In this document: piece after piece, positions 28,591 to 41,757 of the stretch
Layout of the letters: the number at the start of each line of letters is the position of its first letter
Numbering within the stretch: the stretch's first letter is position 1
Source: Plasmodiophora brassicae
Lineage: Eukaryota
Direction of reading: 5' to 3'
Length of the DNA stretch: 64,000 bases
Assembly (NCBI GenBank): GCA_036867785.1
Contig: CP145412.1
Location: forward strand, 1,426,001-1,490,000
Position numbers and translations under genes: made by a program
Notes under the pieces: generated by a model
Databases searched by the model: none
What the model was told of the DNA's origin: nothing
Seen by the model: only the letters and a program-made list of their open reading frames with translations

Positions 28591-29043
28591 TCAGCATTGG
28601 TCGAGGCGCATCAGAAGCGCATGACGGCCGTCGCAATAGTAGTCGCAGATCTGCCCATGTGCCGTAAAGCCCTCGGACCGGTAGAGCGCCACGGCGGCAT
28701 GTCGTTCTGGGTCGACATGGAGCGACAACGTCTGGTACCGCGATCGCGCCCAGCGTAGCAGCCACCGTCCAACCCCATTCCTTTGAGCGGCGGCCGCCAC
28801 AGCGAGCTTGACAATGTGCCCAGTCCGACTGACGATCATGTACCCGACAGCGCCGCTGCCGTCGACAACGGCAACCACCATCGTCTGCGAGCGTTTCATC
28901 GCCTCCCTTTCCAGCTGCCCGGTCAGCGACTCGTGTTTCGGGAACAGACGCCGCTCAATGACGTCGCACTGCGCCACAAGCGCGGCATCGCCAGCAGGCA
29001 GGCGACGTTTGCTGCTGTCGATCTCTCTCAGGGCGCACTGCAT
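28591..29043 (-). CDS. RimI-like GNAT acetyltransferase
   Basis: HIVKLAV...QRNGVGRWLL (motif A), LSLHVDPERHAAVALYRSEGF, DYY.DGRHALLM. Confidence 0.88.
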   Translation of the reverse strand: MQCALREIDSSKRRLPAGDAALVAQCDVIERRLFPKHESLTGQLEREAMKRSQTMVVAVVDGSGAVGYMIVSRTGHIVKLAVAAAAQRNGVGRWLLRWARSRYQTLSLHVDPERHAAVALYRSEGFTAHGQICDYYCDGRHALLMRLDQC

Positions 29044-29290
29044 GCCACTGGCGGACCCGCCAACGACGTGTGGCAGCTGCAGCGGCCAGCGTGGCGGCGC
29101 ACCGGAAATAGCGCACCATGCCGTGGCGCGAACAGGCGCCAGGGGCCACCCCCCGGCTTGGTCCGACCCGCGCGCTATGCACGTACGATAACATATATAC
29201 AATCGAGACATCGTTGGCGCTTGGCAGTCCGCGCGCATGCATCATACTTAACAAACGCATAGGACATTGGACACGGCCGGGCCACCTTGC

Positions 29291-30205
29291 TCACGCGATG
29301 TCAAGCTGCCCCATGCAGCACTTTTGCAGTAAGAAGTTGACGTTGACCCAGGGGTGCGTGGCATCTGCAATCGGCGCCGTTAGACGGGCAGCAGCAGATC
29401 ACAGGCAGGCGCGTTCCCCACCGAACAGCTGTGTTGCGTCCCGGCCGACGCCCCGCATGATCTCAGACGGACCTGTGACAGCAACGTCGCGTCAGAGCGC
29501 GACCGGCAGCGTCACCGATGACGACAACGACGACACGTACCGCCAGGATGGAAGTCGACGTACCTGGTGACGTCATAGACGAGGCCGTGAAGGACGATCC
29601 AGGCGTCATTCCGCGTGCAGTGCTGGGCGACCTGCGCCATGGTGTACCTGGTCCGGTTCGGCGTCGGCATGGCGGACGTGACGCGCACCCAGTCCATGGC
29701 GCTGTGCCCAGGTGCCAGCGGCACCTTCTGGACGCCCGTAATCTCCCCTCTGAGAGCAGGCCTGGCCGCCGGCGACGCTGGGGACGACGGCATCGGCGGC
29801 GGCGACGACGTTAACGACGACGACACTGGCGGCGGCGGCGACGTTAAGAACGGCGGCACTGGCGGCGGCGGCGAATGACCGCTCGGAACCGTGGACCTCG
29901 ACCCGGCAGCAGCATATTCGCCAACATAGTACTTGTCCATGTCCTGCCGCGCCCTTCGCGTATGCCCTACGATTGAGGTCAGCGCCGACGGGCGGGCCCG
30001 GTTCGCGCGAACACGCCCGGGGCCGTGTACCGATCTCCTCGAACTGGGCGGTGGCGTCCTTGCCGGCCTCGTACCGCAGGATCTCCATGCCGCCCGGGTG
30101 GTCCTCGAACCTGCCGAGGTCGTAGACCTTGCCGTGGATGGCGACCCAGACATCGTCCTTGCGCTGACGAAGTTCAGCGTCCGTGATGAGGCGCCGCGCC
30201 GCCAT
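29291..30205 (-). CDS. Protein with two cytochrome b5 heme-binding domains
   Basis: Two HPGG domains (VYDLGRFEDHPGG; VYDVTRYVDFHPGG..HPWVN). The linker KVPLAPGHSAMDW is Irc21/CYB5R4-like. Confidence 0.85.
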
Positions 30206-30291
30206 CCGCCAATGATGCGGACCGCACCTGCGAGCGCCGCACGCACCCCGCACCCGCAGTTGAGCAGACCGCACGGGCGCGCCGGCGCGTT

Positions 30292-31218
30292 TTACTTCGG
30301 TTTGACGAAGACGGCCTTGCGCAGGTCGACGACGACCTTGACGGTTTGCGACTGGACGAACAGCCGGTACGGCCAGGACAGGAGGAGGACGCTGGCGGCG
30401 ACGCAGGCCAACGGTGTCATGTACCAGGGGACGTGCTCGTGGTACGACATGATGAAATGGCGCCGGAACCCGGGCGTGTACATGCGCTGCGTGTAGTCCA
30501 TGTGGGTGTCGCGGCCGGCGTGCTCGCTGCGGAACCTGGCGACCCGGTCGTTGAACGCGTTCTCGGTCCACGCGTCGCCGAACGTGATCCGCTCGTTCAG
30601 CTGCAGGCGGACCGTGTCGAACGGCAGGGCCGCGTCGACGCTGGACAGGAACCCGTCGTCGTGCGTACAGTACGAGTACGCGAACGACTCGGTGGCGCTG
30701 TGCGTATCGACGCGCACGTCGTACGATTCCGTGTGGGTGTGCTGACGACCCTCGGAATCGGTCGTTGTCACCGTCCGATGCCGGGTCTGTTACGCACCCA
30801 GGTCGTCCGTCACGAGGCATGGCACGGCACGCAGACGACCAACCTCGTAGTGGTAGCACCTGACAGCCATTTCGATGACAGGCGGCGTGTTCTGCAGCTC
30901 CTGGATGCGATGGATGGCCTGCGGCGCCGATTGCGGTTCGCCGGCGAGGTACCGCATAGGCGACGCCGGACAGCACAGCGCTTCGATCAGGTACACGGCG
31001 TACACGACAATGGCCAGCCAGAAGGTGCCCACGTCGGCGGCGAGCAGGACGACGGCCGCGACGGCCGCCACGTCCAGCACGAACGCCACCGGGTAGGTCC
31101 GCTTCGGCTCAATGATATGCGCGCGCGCCGACCGCTCCGCCTCCACGTCGTACAGCGGCGGCGGGCTGTCCCCGGCGTCGTCAACAGCGCTGTAGTCGGC
31201 GCCTGCACCGTGGTGCAT
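30292..31218 (-). CDS. TMEM151-family membrane protein
   Basis: YAVYLIEALC..PVIEMAVRCYHYE..RVDTHSATESFAY; C-terminal LLLSWPYR. Confidence 0.75.
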
Positions 31219-31375
31219 GACTTACGTATCAGTGTGCAGGTGGACGAGCCGAAGAGGTTCGTCGTCCCGCGGCAAAAAAGGCGCACCGCATTTTAGTTGC
31301 AGTCGCGGCAACAGCCAGCGACCCCCTCCTGATGACGTCATCACTGGGCCCCGTGCGAGACAGCCCACCGTCTAT

Positions 31376-33264
31376 CTAACCGGACGAAGCGACGTTTAGT
31401 GCCAGGGGTCGTTTCGACGTTTCGAAGGCGAAGGGCGTCGAGGCGTCGAGGCGGATTTCATCGTCGTAGGCGCATGCGTGCAGGTTGGCGGATTGCAGGT
31501 CGGCGAGGACGCCGGGGACGTCGTCGGGCGCGGCGGCTCGGAAGACGGTGCGCGATTGACGATGGCAGACGGGTGTCAAACATGGAAGAGGGGCAGGCAG
31601 CGGGACGCCGTTATTGTCAATGGCGCCGCCGATAACGACGATTAAGGAGCGTGCGTCATCGTCGACAGCGGCCGTGCCGCTGCGATCTTGGCCGACAGCG
31701 AGAGACAGGCACGTTCCCGGAATCGAAAGGGACCCCTGAGGTAGCGACAGATCACAACCGATTGCGAGTGCCCTCTGCAGAGCGATACGCCCAGCGTCAA
31801 GCGACGCGCTCGGCATTGCAAAGTCAGCAAAGTCAGGGGACAGCGAATCGCTAGCGCTTCTGACAGGCGGGCGTACCACGCCCGTCGTCTCGACCAGGGA
31901 GCAGTTCGCCCAGCGAGATCGAAGCTCATCTTGCAGATCCGCGGCTGTCCTTGGAAGGGCGCCATTGACGACAAATTCGAAATGCAGCAGCAACTCGAGT
32001 AGGTCGTCTCCAAAGATCTGCGATGGCCGCGAACGAGAATCAGTTTAGGCCAGCATGGCTACAAGACAATCCCCGTCTACTGGTTTCGATGAAGTGGCCA
32101 GCAACTCGACCACATGTCTCAGGCCGACATTATCCTGTAGGGATTCACGCTGGCGTTCTCCTTCATCCTCCAGGTCTTGGCGTTGCCGCGCCAACCTCGC
32201 CGCCTCCCGGTCGCACGCACCGTCGCCAACGGCGGCCACCGCGACAAGCACGCCTGGACGTCTCGGGTCACTGGTCGGGTACTTTTGTGGCTGCAGCAGC
32301 GGGTGGGCTGCGGAAATGTCAGCTTCTCGCCACTCCAAGGCGACGCAGACGATGAACACACGTACACTGCAGCGCCTGATAGACGAGCCGACGAAGATAC
32401 GAGTTGCCGGCGGTGATAATTAGCCGATCATCGTCACTTGCCGACAGCGTCAACAGGTTCTCATGGGACGGGACTGAACAGACAGGCATGCGTGTTAGAC
32501 GGTCGAGCCATGCACGAACACTGCGCGTACCAACTCTCGTCAAGCAGCGGTTGCCCGGCGGCAATCGCCTTGGAAGCCGACCTAAGAGCGACCAATCAGC
32601 GCACACCAGACCGGGCAGTGATACACGGGGGACGTACTTGCTGAATTCGAACGTCTTCAGGGCCAGGCTGGTTATGTCGAACACCTTCTGATCCCTGGGG
32701 GCGGTGATCACAATGTCGGTGCGCTTCTCGGTCAGGGCACTCTCTTGAGCATCTCGCTTGGAGCGCAGCGTCGCCTCGATCAGTCGTTCATCGGTGGTCG
32801 ACAGCCAGTTCATTCCATTGCGGAACACGCGGTTGAAGTCGAACCCGTTGCGAGCCAGATCGGCCATGTGGGCGGCATCCGACCAGAATACCGATTTGCT
32901 CAGCAGGAGCCGGTCGCCGACGGCCGCCTGCAGGCTGGCGCCGCTGATCACCGGGAACACATCGATCGTGAACGGGCGGCACTGACCATCGCGCCGCACA
33001 GCGCACACGCCGACCTGGAGAATGGCGAACTTCCTGGCCGCCTGCCCGATGCAGGTCAACGCCTGATGCGCGGACGCGAACGGCGCGCCGGGCGGCACCG
33101 ACGGACGCCCACTGTGCACCCGTTCGTCAGGCACGCGATCCAGTGCATATGCGACGGATCCCGGACCTATAGACAGCGGCGACGACGACGGTGTCGCACC
33201 ATTCGACGGCCGCACGGAGCGCATCGAGCGTGTGCGCCGCCGACGACAACGCCGTCGCCGTCAT
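31376..33264 (-). CDS. PARN/CAF1-family ribonuclease-like protein with R3H, divergent, multi-exon
   Basis: KFAILQVGVC, LARNGFDFNRVFRNGMNWLS, NSYLRRLVYQ, GLRHVVELL. Confidence 0.75.
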
Positions 33265-33483
33265 CAACGACGCAGTTTCCCAAATGCCGACGCTGGCCGT
33301 GGTGCAGCTCGCAAAAGTGTGCCGCCCGCGTAACGGGTACCATTGCGCAGCAACGACGTGCTGTTACCTACCGGGGGGGCGGATACCTGTGCCGCGCAGG
33401 CGCGCTGCAGATATTTCAAAGTCAGCGGCACGCAAACCGTGCATATCTCGCTGACTGGGCGTGTCATTGCCAGACGCAAACGA

Positions 33484-35062
33484 ATGCGCCAGGCGTGGCA
33501 GACGGCGATTGTCGCGGGTGTACTGCTGATAGGGGCGAGCGCTGGCGATCCAGGAACGGGGTACGTCTATGTCGCGAACGTGACGTACGGCAGCAGAGGT
33601 CAGTCGTTTCATCCGTGGCCACCTTTGCCGTCGAATGTCACCTCGGTCCACGACTTCTCGTACACCGTGCTGCTGTGGGTGGACCCTGCCGCCGTGTCTT
33701 CGACGGCGCCCGCCTCGTCGTCTGTCCTGCAGGTCGGCACCGGACTCGGTGTGACGCTTCAGAACACGCGATCGGTCTGCGTGTACACCACGGCGGCGAA
33801 CGCGACCGCCGACCAGATCCAGACCGCGTCCTGGATGTTCCTTGGCATTACCGTCTACGGCGGGCCTCGCAGGAACATCACGCTGAACCTGATCGGATCG
33901 GACGGCACCGTCGTCGAGCGGGCCGCCCGACTCCCATCGGACCTGAGCGTACCCAATTCGACGGTGTGGCTGACAGGCCCGTCGCCATCGCCGCCGCCGT
34001 TCTTTGGCGTCGTTGCCGACCTGCGCCTCTGGGCGCATGCGCTCAGCGTGTCGGACCTGATGAAGGTCAGAGCGTCCGTGATGCCGTTGGCCACGACGAC
34101 GCCGCAACCGGGGGTGACCGGCGGGACGGCCTACCAAGGATACGCATTGAACCTGACGTGCGATCGCGGCCTTCGCATCGCATCGATCCGGTTCGCATCG
34201 TTCGGGACGCCGTCGGGCCTGTTCCCCGCGTTCGCAATGGGGCCATACCACGCGGCGAACTCCAGCGCGATCGTGCGGAATCGGTGCGCCGGCCTGCCGT
34301 CGTGCAGCGTGCCGGTGGCCACGAGCCTGTTCGGCGACCCGGCGTCAGGACAGCAGCCGATGCGCCTGAGCGTTGTGGCGCAGTGCTCGATAACGACAAC
34401 GCGGGCGGTCGTCAAACGCGCCGTGACGGTTCGGCACACGTCGGGGACCAGGCCAGGCCTGCCGAGCAAACCGTTGACCTCGGCACCCGTGAACAGGTAC
34501 GTGAGGGGACTGTTTCGTTCCACGTCGCGGATGGTTGACGATCAGGTGATCCAGCACGGGGGTCGCGGCGATGGACGTTGTCGACGAGATCACTGGCAAC
34601 CCGGCGGTGCTAGCCCTGATGATACTCGGCGTGATAGCGGTCATCGCGATCGTCGGGACCGTCGCGTACGCCGTTCGAGGCGTGACAATGCGGAGAAGGA
34701 GCGTCGAACCGAAGATTGTTGCTGAACGGGTGGTGCCGTACTTCCCGCCAAAGCAGCCGGCCGTAAAGGCGCAATCGCTGCCTGTGGCGGCGTCCTACTG
34801 GCTGGACGACGAGCAGGCGCGGGGCGACCGGAAGCCGCGCAGCAAGTCCCACCAGGGGCGCAATCGGCCAAAGCCGTCCATCAATCCCAGGTACGCGAAC
34901 CGGGACCCCAGGGCGTCCCATCAGCGAGGTTCGCAGCCTCCGGAGCGGCGCTCGCGATCCCCGGGACGACCGTCGCAACCGCGGGGGCAGATGAGCATCG
35001 GGGCCAGGCAACCATCGAGGAAGATACCACGGCAGCCTCCAATCGAGGAACACTTCTTCTGA
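33484..35062 (+). CDS. Type I membrane protein with LamG-like and SUEL/galactose-binding lectin domains
   Basis: Signal peptide; FFGVVADLRLWAHALS; LTCDRGLRIASIRFASFGTPSG..C..SCSVPV..FGDP; one TM helix followed by a basic tail. Confidence 0.75.
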
Positions 35063-38000
35063 TACAATGGTGTATAGTTAACGGGTAGAGCAACAGGTGC
35101 CAGGGCGCGTGTGGCCTTCGGCTTGCCGCGCCGCTTACCTGGCGTCTGCCTGGAGAAGACGGCTAATGTCTGCACTGGCGGGTATGCGACGAACCATTTC
35201 GACAACGTACGCCGACTGCATTGGGCTGAAGGCGCTGCAGCACACAGATACCCGTTGGTGGTCCAGCAAACGTCGCAGCTGAATAGCACAGCGGTCAGCG
35301 CATGCGGCATAAACACGTCGAGCAGTACCGGCGGACGCTGTACCATAGTCTGGATAGGAACGTCGCCAAGGCCGGTCGAGTCGAACTCCTGCCGAACACA
35401 GCTGACAGGAATGACGAGCCGCTTAGCGGTAACGCCATTGTTGATTTCGATAGATGCGAACGCGTGGTTGAGAAGGTCCAGGTCGTGGGCCATCAGCTGG
35501 CCGCGTAATATGCAGGACAGGGACGCCAACTTGGGATCCGGGAACTCGGCCTCAAACTGCACGCGGTGGACACAGGACGATGGTGACAGAATCTGACTGG
35601 CACGCAAGGCTTGAAGGTCGTATTCTGGGTTTCGAGACCCTCCCGTGCCTGCGACCGGCGACACTGATATCTCGCCAACGTCCAGCATGTCGCACACCTG
35701 CAGCCCCATTCGCTGATCCGCTCGATCGTACACGACATTGCGGACATCGACAGCCTAACGAAAGACATCAGTGAGTCCTCGATATGACCAGGGTACGCGC
35801 GGGGCCCACCACCTGTCCTGGAGACAACGCAGGAAGCGCCCAGTGGCCTTTGTCATCGAGGCGGACCAGAAGAATCTCGGACGAAAGCGGCGAGCAGAGC
35901 ATGATGCTTTCTCGGGTTATGGCAGCAACAGACACGCCTTTCATAGATCGCAGGGCGTTACTTGTGTCGTCAGGTAAACGGGCACGCCTGTCTCGTTGCC
36001 GTTTCGACGAGTATTTTGTTCGGTTGTTGGCCTTCAGCACCAAGATGTTGCCTGATTTCTTCACGACGTTCGCAATGGAGTGCACGGTGACGAAATCGTC
36101 CACTTGCAAATCCGCCGCGAACTCATTGTCGAAAACCTCCAGCAGATAGGCGCGAGACGCCCTAATTGTCAATGCATTGAATTTCGGCAATGCGATCAAT
36201 AAGTTTGACACCCACCATCGACCTGGACGTCCTCGGACGACATGACCGTCTGACACTTGAAACCGATGATGAACTCGAATGGACCGACTGCAAACCGTGT
36301 TTTGAAGAAATGATTCAACCTGAATGATATTGATTTGTGCGCGAAGGGCCATACGAATCCGAAACGCGAACCTGGTTGAATTGCATATCCGAGTCGGTGA
36401 TTTCAAAACGGATCCAATCTATGGTGTCTCGGTCTACGCCTGCAAGTGAGCACCTCGCCAGGCGACTGAGAAACCCAGGAGTGGAAGGCGAGTATGACGC
36501 AATTTCATCACGCAGGCATGAGGTAACCGCACTGACAAGCCGACGATGTTGAGCGTTCGCACGGCTTTCTCCAAGCTGATTACGAACGATCCGCTGATCG
36601 TATCGTTTTCCAGTATCAAGGTCAACTCTGGCCACCTAGACACAAGTTGAATGGACATCGAGATGGCAAAGTGATAGACAGCTTACGCGCTCGACGAACA
36701 ACCTCGGAAGTGTTTGCACAACGCGAACTTGGACTCTGGGCACGACGCCCCCATTGATGGCCAGACTGCCGAGGCTCACAAGAAAGGGCAGCTTCTGCCG
36801 TGATTCACACAAGTGAGCATGCAGCAATAGTCACAATCGTAACTATATGGACTAGCCTTTTGAAAACCTAACCTTGAATGCCAAAGGGCTCGTCGTGTAG
36901 AATTGACGCTCAGCCGTAGACGCGTCTTTGCCGCATTGTTCTCCAGAGGCGTGCAAGGAGATAAGACCCCTGATAGGCTTGCGCCGAATATACGAAGCTT
37001 GAGCCCCTCAACGAGTTTGCCCTGATGCATTACCGATTAGCCACCACCTTCTGTATTGCACAAGGGCAATTCCCACCTTCCGCAATCCATCCTGCAATCC
37101 TGGATCGAGGTCGGCAAAGACAGAGTACCTGATGGACCTTTGATTAACCCCGGCACGCACGAGAACAGTGAACAGTACCATCCATCCGTCAGTTCAAGAC
37201 GTTCATTGACAGTGTCTATACCGGCAATGCAAAGGATAAGGTAGGACGAGGATGCCTACACACAGAATTCAGTTACTCAAAAAGCACATTCCTGTACATG
37301 CACAGCTGACCCTATCTTGCTCTAGAATAAGCTTTATAGCGGAGCGCTTAGATTGAACAATTTCTGCCACACAGACACTGAGATGCGTCACGGTTGGAAA
37401 GCCACATTCGGACCTCGATCGTATCGCAACAGAAGCTTCCGAAGTACTCGTTCGTACGTTGTCGCAACTGGGATCGAACCGTAAAACGTTCGGTCTAGCG
37501 AAGCAAGCAGCCACACGACCCATCGATAATGGTTGGAGACCCACTCGCGAGAAATCCTGACACCCCTCAGTATGCTTCAGATTGAGAGGACATTGTCTAC
37601 GTACCAGTCCCAACGAGCACCTTGGTGAACGAGGTCGTCCATGAGCTTGGAGATTCCATGAATCTCATCGAACTGAAAGAACTCGGCCGACCGGGATGTC
37701 ATTGTCGCAATGGCCGGCGACAGACCTTGACCAATAACAGAATCGAGACGTTTCTGCAACGAAATTGAAACTTGGTATCACTACTACGTCGCGTACAGTA
37801 CAAACCTGGGGCGGCCCATGCTTCGCAGCGAATTCTTTCAAACTGATTCTCGGGCCATGAACAGGTTCCGGTGGCCTGAACGGAACTGACGGCCGGCGAG
37901 GTGACGCAAGAGGGCGAGCAGGAACGGGTGCCGGTGGACGGAAGGGAGTTGAAGACAGCCTTCGAGGAGGCGTCTCCAACATCGATTGCAAATGTAATGG

Positions 38001-39219
38001 CCGCAGGGGCTGCCGGCGACGTTTAGCAGCAGGCTGATCCGGTGTTACGAAGTCAAGGTTATTGTCAAGTGCACGCTCGCACGAAGACGCCGCATCGTGT
38101 ACCGCAGCGGACACGCCTGAGCGTGGGCGCAAAGGACGAAACGGGGTCTTTGGCGTACCGCCTTTTCCTGACTCAAACACGACCTGAGGAAGGTCGCGAT
38201 CGCGACCCGTTGACGCCGCTGGTGACGTTCTTGGTTGAAGAGGACGAAATGGCGTGGAGGGGGCGCCTCCTAATCCCGATTCGAATATAGCGTGGGTCGA
38301 CGGTCGGCCTTGGAGCACAGCATCCGAACCGGAACCCAGGGACACGCCAGGATCAGGTTTCGTCAACGCCCTTCCTGGACTGTCGAGCGATGGTGATGGC
38401 GGGACACCACGCTGTTCATGCAAGCCAGCCGTCGTCGCTGACATCAGTCCATTGCGAGGACAACACATGTCCAGGTGGGCGTTTTCGTCAACGGGATGGA
38501 CGGCATGATGGTGATCTGGTTTTCGTACGGCACGAGGAGGTTGAAATCCAATATTCAAGTCCAAGTTTCCCGATCCCGTCGTAAATACAGTCAATCCGGA
38601 AAGCCGTCTGCTGGGTACGATTCGCTATGGCGTAGCATTAGCCATGTCAGCGGTCAAGTGTCATTACGATTAGTACCTGATGAAGGTCGCCAGCATCCAC
38701 ATTTATGCCGCTTGTGCCTGCATCCAGCTTGAATCCAGACGAACCGTTGCCACTGATACCGTCATCGCGGTAGATTTCCTTCGATTCCGGGACGGCATCT
38801 GGCATCAGGCTTAAGTCACTCGTAGACTGACGGCAGACATCCACATCGGCATGGCAGGTTTGCTGATGGATGTCGGTCTGCATGACCTGCTGTACAGCAT
38901 CCTGGTCTGCGAAAAGATCCTTCACTACAGTCTGATAAGCTATTGAGGCGCAGACACAGCGGTTCGGTATCTTACGCTGCTGATCCAGACCTGGATCCGG
39001 CCGGTGCGTCCCGCCGTTCGGAGTCAGTACAACGCCATGGTTGCACGACGTCATCGTCGGTACGCGCCACGTCTGCCCGGTCCGACCGTCGCAGCGTCGC
39101 CGTCGCGTCGACTCCGCGCCTTTTCACTGTCTCATGGACAACCCGGTCGAATTCAAAGATGTCCAAAACTGCAATGGCGCGCGAATCAGAAAGCGCGCTC
39201 AGCGCCGTTCACCCGACAT
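34921..39219 (-). CDS. BRCA2: BRCA2 homologue, multi-exon; both ends approximate
   Basis: BRC-like VFTTGSG; helical/OB1 motifs (KRSAIKLILEQD, ELTDGWY, GKLVEGLKLRIFGA, LSVNSTRRA.W..RLGF, VPRVQVRVVQTLP). Confidence 0.85.
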
Positions 39220-40413
39220 TGCAAAAAACGGACGGCAGGAGGACATCGGCTCGAGCACCTGTGACCGTTCGCAGTGCCAGTGGGAATTTGCAGATTGGTA
39301 CTGGCCTATAATGCCATATGAATGTTCAGCCCGCGCGATGGAGTGTTTCGTAACCATGCTGAGAGAGCGCGGCTGGGTGCCAACTTGGCACGTACTTGGA
39401 CATGTTGAGCTGAAGGCCCGCGAAGAAGCGGCCAGCATTACCGTAGTATTCTTGACCTAGGGTCGTCGTTTTCACCCTCCTTGGCAGCGAAGGTCGTGAC
39501 GCGGGCGGTTAGAAACAACACGCTAGTTGCACGCAACCAGCGGTGGCCTGACCATCTAGTCCCGAGTCCGCTCCAGCAGCAGGACCATTGTCGGCAGGTC
39601 GGCAATCAAACTCGTGATCGTTCGAATATCACGTCAACAGTCCGGCTTGCAGTTATGAACTGATAAACTGATTTATTTGCTACGATCTGATTTCGTTGTC
39701 CGTCTGAGACGATACATGTGGTGATAGTTGGACCGCAAACACGTTCTTGTTGCTTCGCAGGATGGCGATCCTTGTTCCGTCGCCGTACGTCGCTGAATGC
39801 GAAACATCAGTTTGCGCATGACCTACGATATCGGTCAGCTTTCCTTACCTTCAATACGACGGACTGGGTTATCGTTCAATGCGCCCTCGACGACGAGCGC
39901 TGAGCAACGCAGGATATCGGACACGGCAGCTGCCGTCGTTGCTGACGCAGCAAACGTCCCGGACGCCTACAACGAGGCCGGTTCACAAGTGCCTCCTCAG
40001 TGCAGTTCATGTGCGGACCTGCTGAACGGTGCCGGATAGATCCATTACGATGAAGCCCTCATGGGTAGGCAGGCCCTGGCACCAAGCGGACACGTCATCG
40101 ACACTCATGGGCGCACACTCCAACACCCGAACTGCGCAAGTCGCGGTACAGGATACGCTGTGTTGGATTTCATAGTCCCGAGTTTACGTACATAGTTAGC
40201 CGTCTACCCTGGGTCATTGGAGCGTCTTGGTTGCTTGGTCCCACGCTTGCGGCGGGCTAATGCCGGATCCCGCCGCTCGCTTCTGCCACTGCCAATTACT
40301 CCTGGCACGCCCGGTCCGAGCGACATTCTATTCAGGAAAAGCGCCATTTTTTGGTGCCTTCAACCAGACGCGCCCTCGCAGGTACAACTCCGCGGCATCA
40401 TCGTCACTTATCA

Positions 40414-41604
40414 ATGCTGGCGGGACGAGCCGTGGTCGGTCGCGGTCTCAGACGTTCGGCACTGGCCGTCGTCATCGGCCTTGGCCTGGTGTTATGCTAC
40501 GTCATGTTGACGTTCCTGATCGCACGGAATTTACCGATGAGTACGAACGGAATCGGGAAACCGCGGATCGCCAACGTTGTGGGCAGCGACGCCGGCTCCA
40601 ACCACAGAGTCGTCGCTACGGGGAATACGAAGGACGACGGTGCCGGCGTTCTTTCCATACTGGTGTTCTTCGAGACGTTGCGCGATAGTGAACGAAAGTT
40701 CCGTTCCGGCGGGCCGGGCGGCGAGCTGCGCGTGCTAGGGTCCTTGCTGGAGTCGGCGAAAGACCTCGGCTTCAGTGTACGGTTATGCCCATCGCCAGCA
40801 GAACTGAACGCCATCCATGATTTCGACGTTTTCGACCTGATCATACTGGATGAATCTGGCATGAACGCGTTCGCCGATCGCCTTCCTGGCGCCTTCACGA
40901 CGCCATCGATCGCATGCCGCCTGCGGTTCCTAGATTTCTGGGGCACACCGCCCGAACAGAACCACATCAAATTGGACCTGTCGCAGTATCTGGTCCCGTA
41001 CCCGAACCCTTGGAACACGTTCATTGGGTTTCGGCAGGAACCCATCCCGGCACCCACGGGCGAACGGAAGCGCATGGGCGTCCTGCACGGCAAGGAGGGT
41101 CGTTACTGGATCGACCACATTCCGCTCCTAGAGCGGATTTCTCAAACGTTTGACCTCGTCGCTACGATTCCCGATGAACGCCTAGGCGGCCTGAGATTAC
41201 CCAGCCGGGTTCGTAACCTTGGCATGGTGAGCAGGGAAACCTGGCTAACCACCTTGTCGCAATCCCGATTCGTCATATCGTTTGGTGACCCGGTCCTGGC
41301 CCCAACCGGCGTCGAAGCCATCGCCGCCGGGTCCGCCTACATCTTCGCAAAGTACCCCACGCCCCGTTCTATCTCCAATATTCCCGCGCACCCGCTTCGC
41401 TCGCAACACGACTTCCTTCTCGACACGCTCGGCGAGCCGTACGCGTACGCTGTCGACGTCGGCGACCCTGGCGCCGTCCTCAACGCCATTGACAAGGCCT
41501 GCCGAACCACGATCCCCAACCACGTCCCTGACCTGTTCACGGCCGAAACGCATCGAGCACGAACCAACACCATTTTAACTACCGATATATGCGCCAGCAA
41601 TTAA
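40414..41604 (+). CDS. GT18 / GnT-V (MGAT5-like) N-acetylglucosaminyltransferase, intronless
   Basis: Type II TM anchor. SGGPGGEL, CRLRFLDFWGT, NTFIGF, LHGKE..YW, EAIAAG and LRSQH parallel MGAT5 motifs. Confidence 0.75.
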   Translation: MLAGRAVVGRGLRRSALAVVIGLGLVLCYVMLTFLIARNLPMSTNGIGKPRIANVVGSDAGSNHRVVATGNTKDDGAGVLSILVFFETLRDSERKFRSGGPGGELRVLGSLLESAKDLGFSVRLCPSPAELNAIHDFDVFDLIILDESGMNAFADRLPGAFTTPSIACRLRFLDFWGTPPEQNHIKLDLSQYLVPYPNPWNTFIGFRQEPIPAPTGERKRMGVLHGKEGRYWIDHIPLLERISQTFDLVATIPDERLGGLRLPSRVRNLGMVSRETWLTTLSQSRFVISFGDPVLAPTGVEAIAAGSAYIFAKYPTPRSISNIPAHPLRSQHDFLLDTLGEPYAYAVDVGDPGAVLNAIDKACRTTIPNHVPDLFTAETHRARTNTILTTDICASN

Positions 41605-41757
41605 GAAGACGTAATAGCTGTGGAACTACCGCAATTTCCGCCCCAGTACCGCAATTCTCAACCTCAACTCTCGGACAGGGACTGTTTGCGGTCGTGACTC
41701 GGTTTTTGTGGTTCGCCGGGGACAGAATTTTTGCCTGGGGAGTCGGAGGAGGACAGG

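Noticed and set aside
32745-34538. 597-aa ORF and similar long alternative-frame ORFs (29606-, 43801+)
   Set aside because: Arg/Gly-rich shadow frames of GC-rich real genes.
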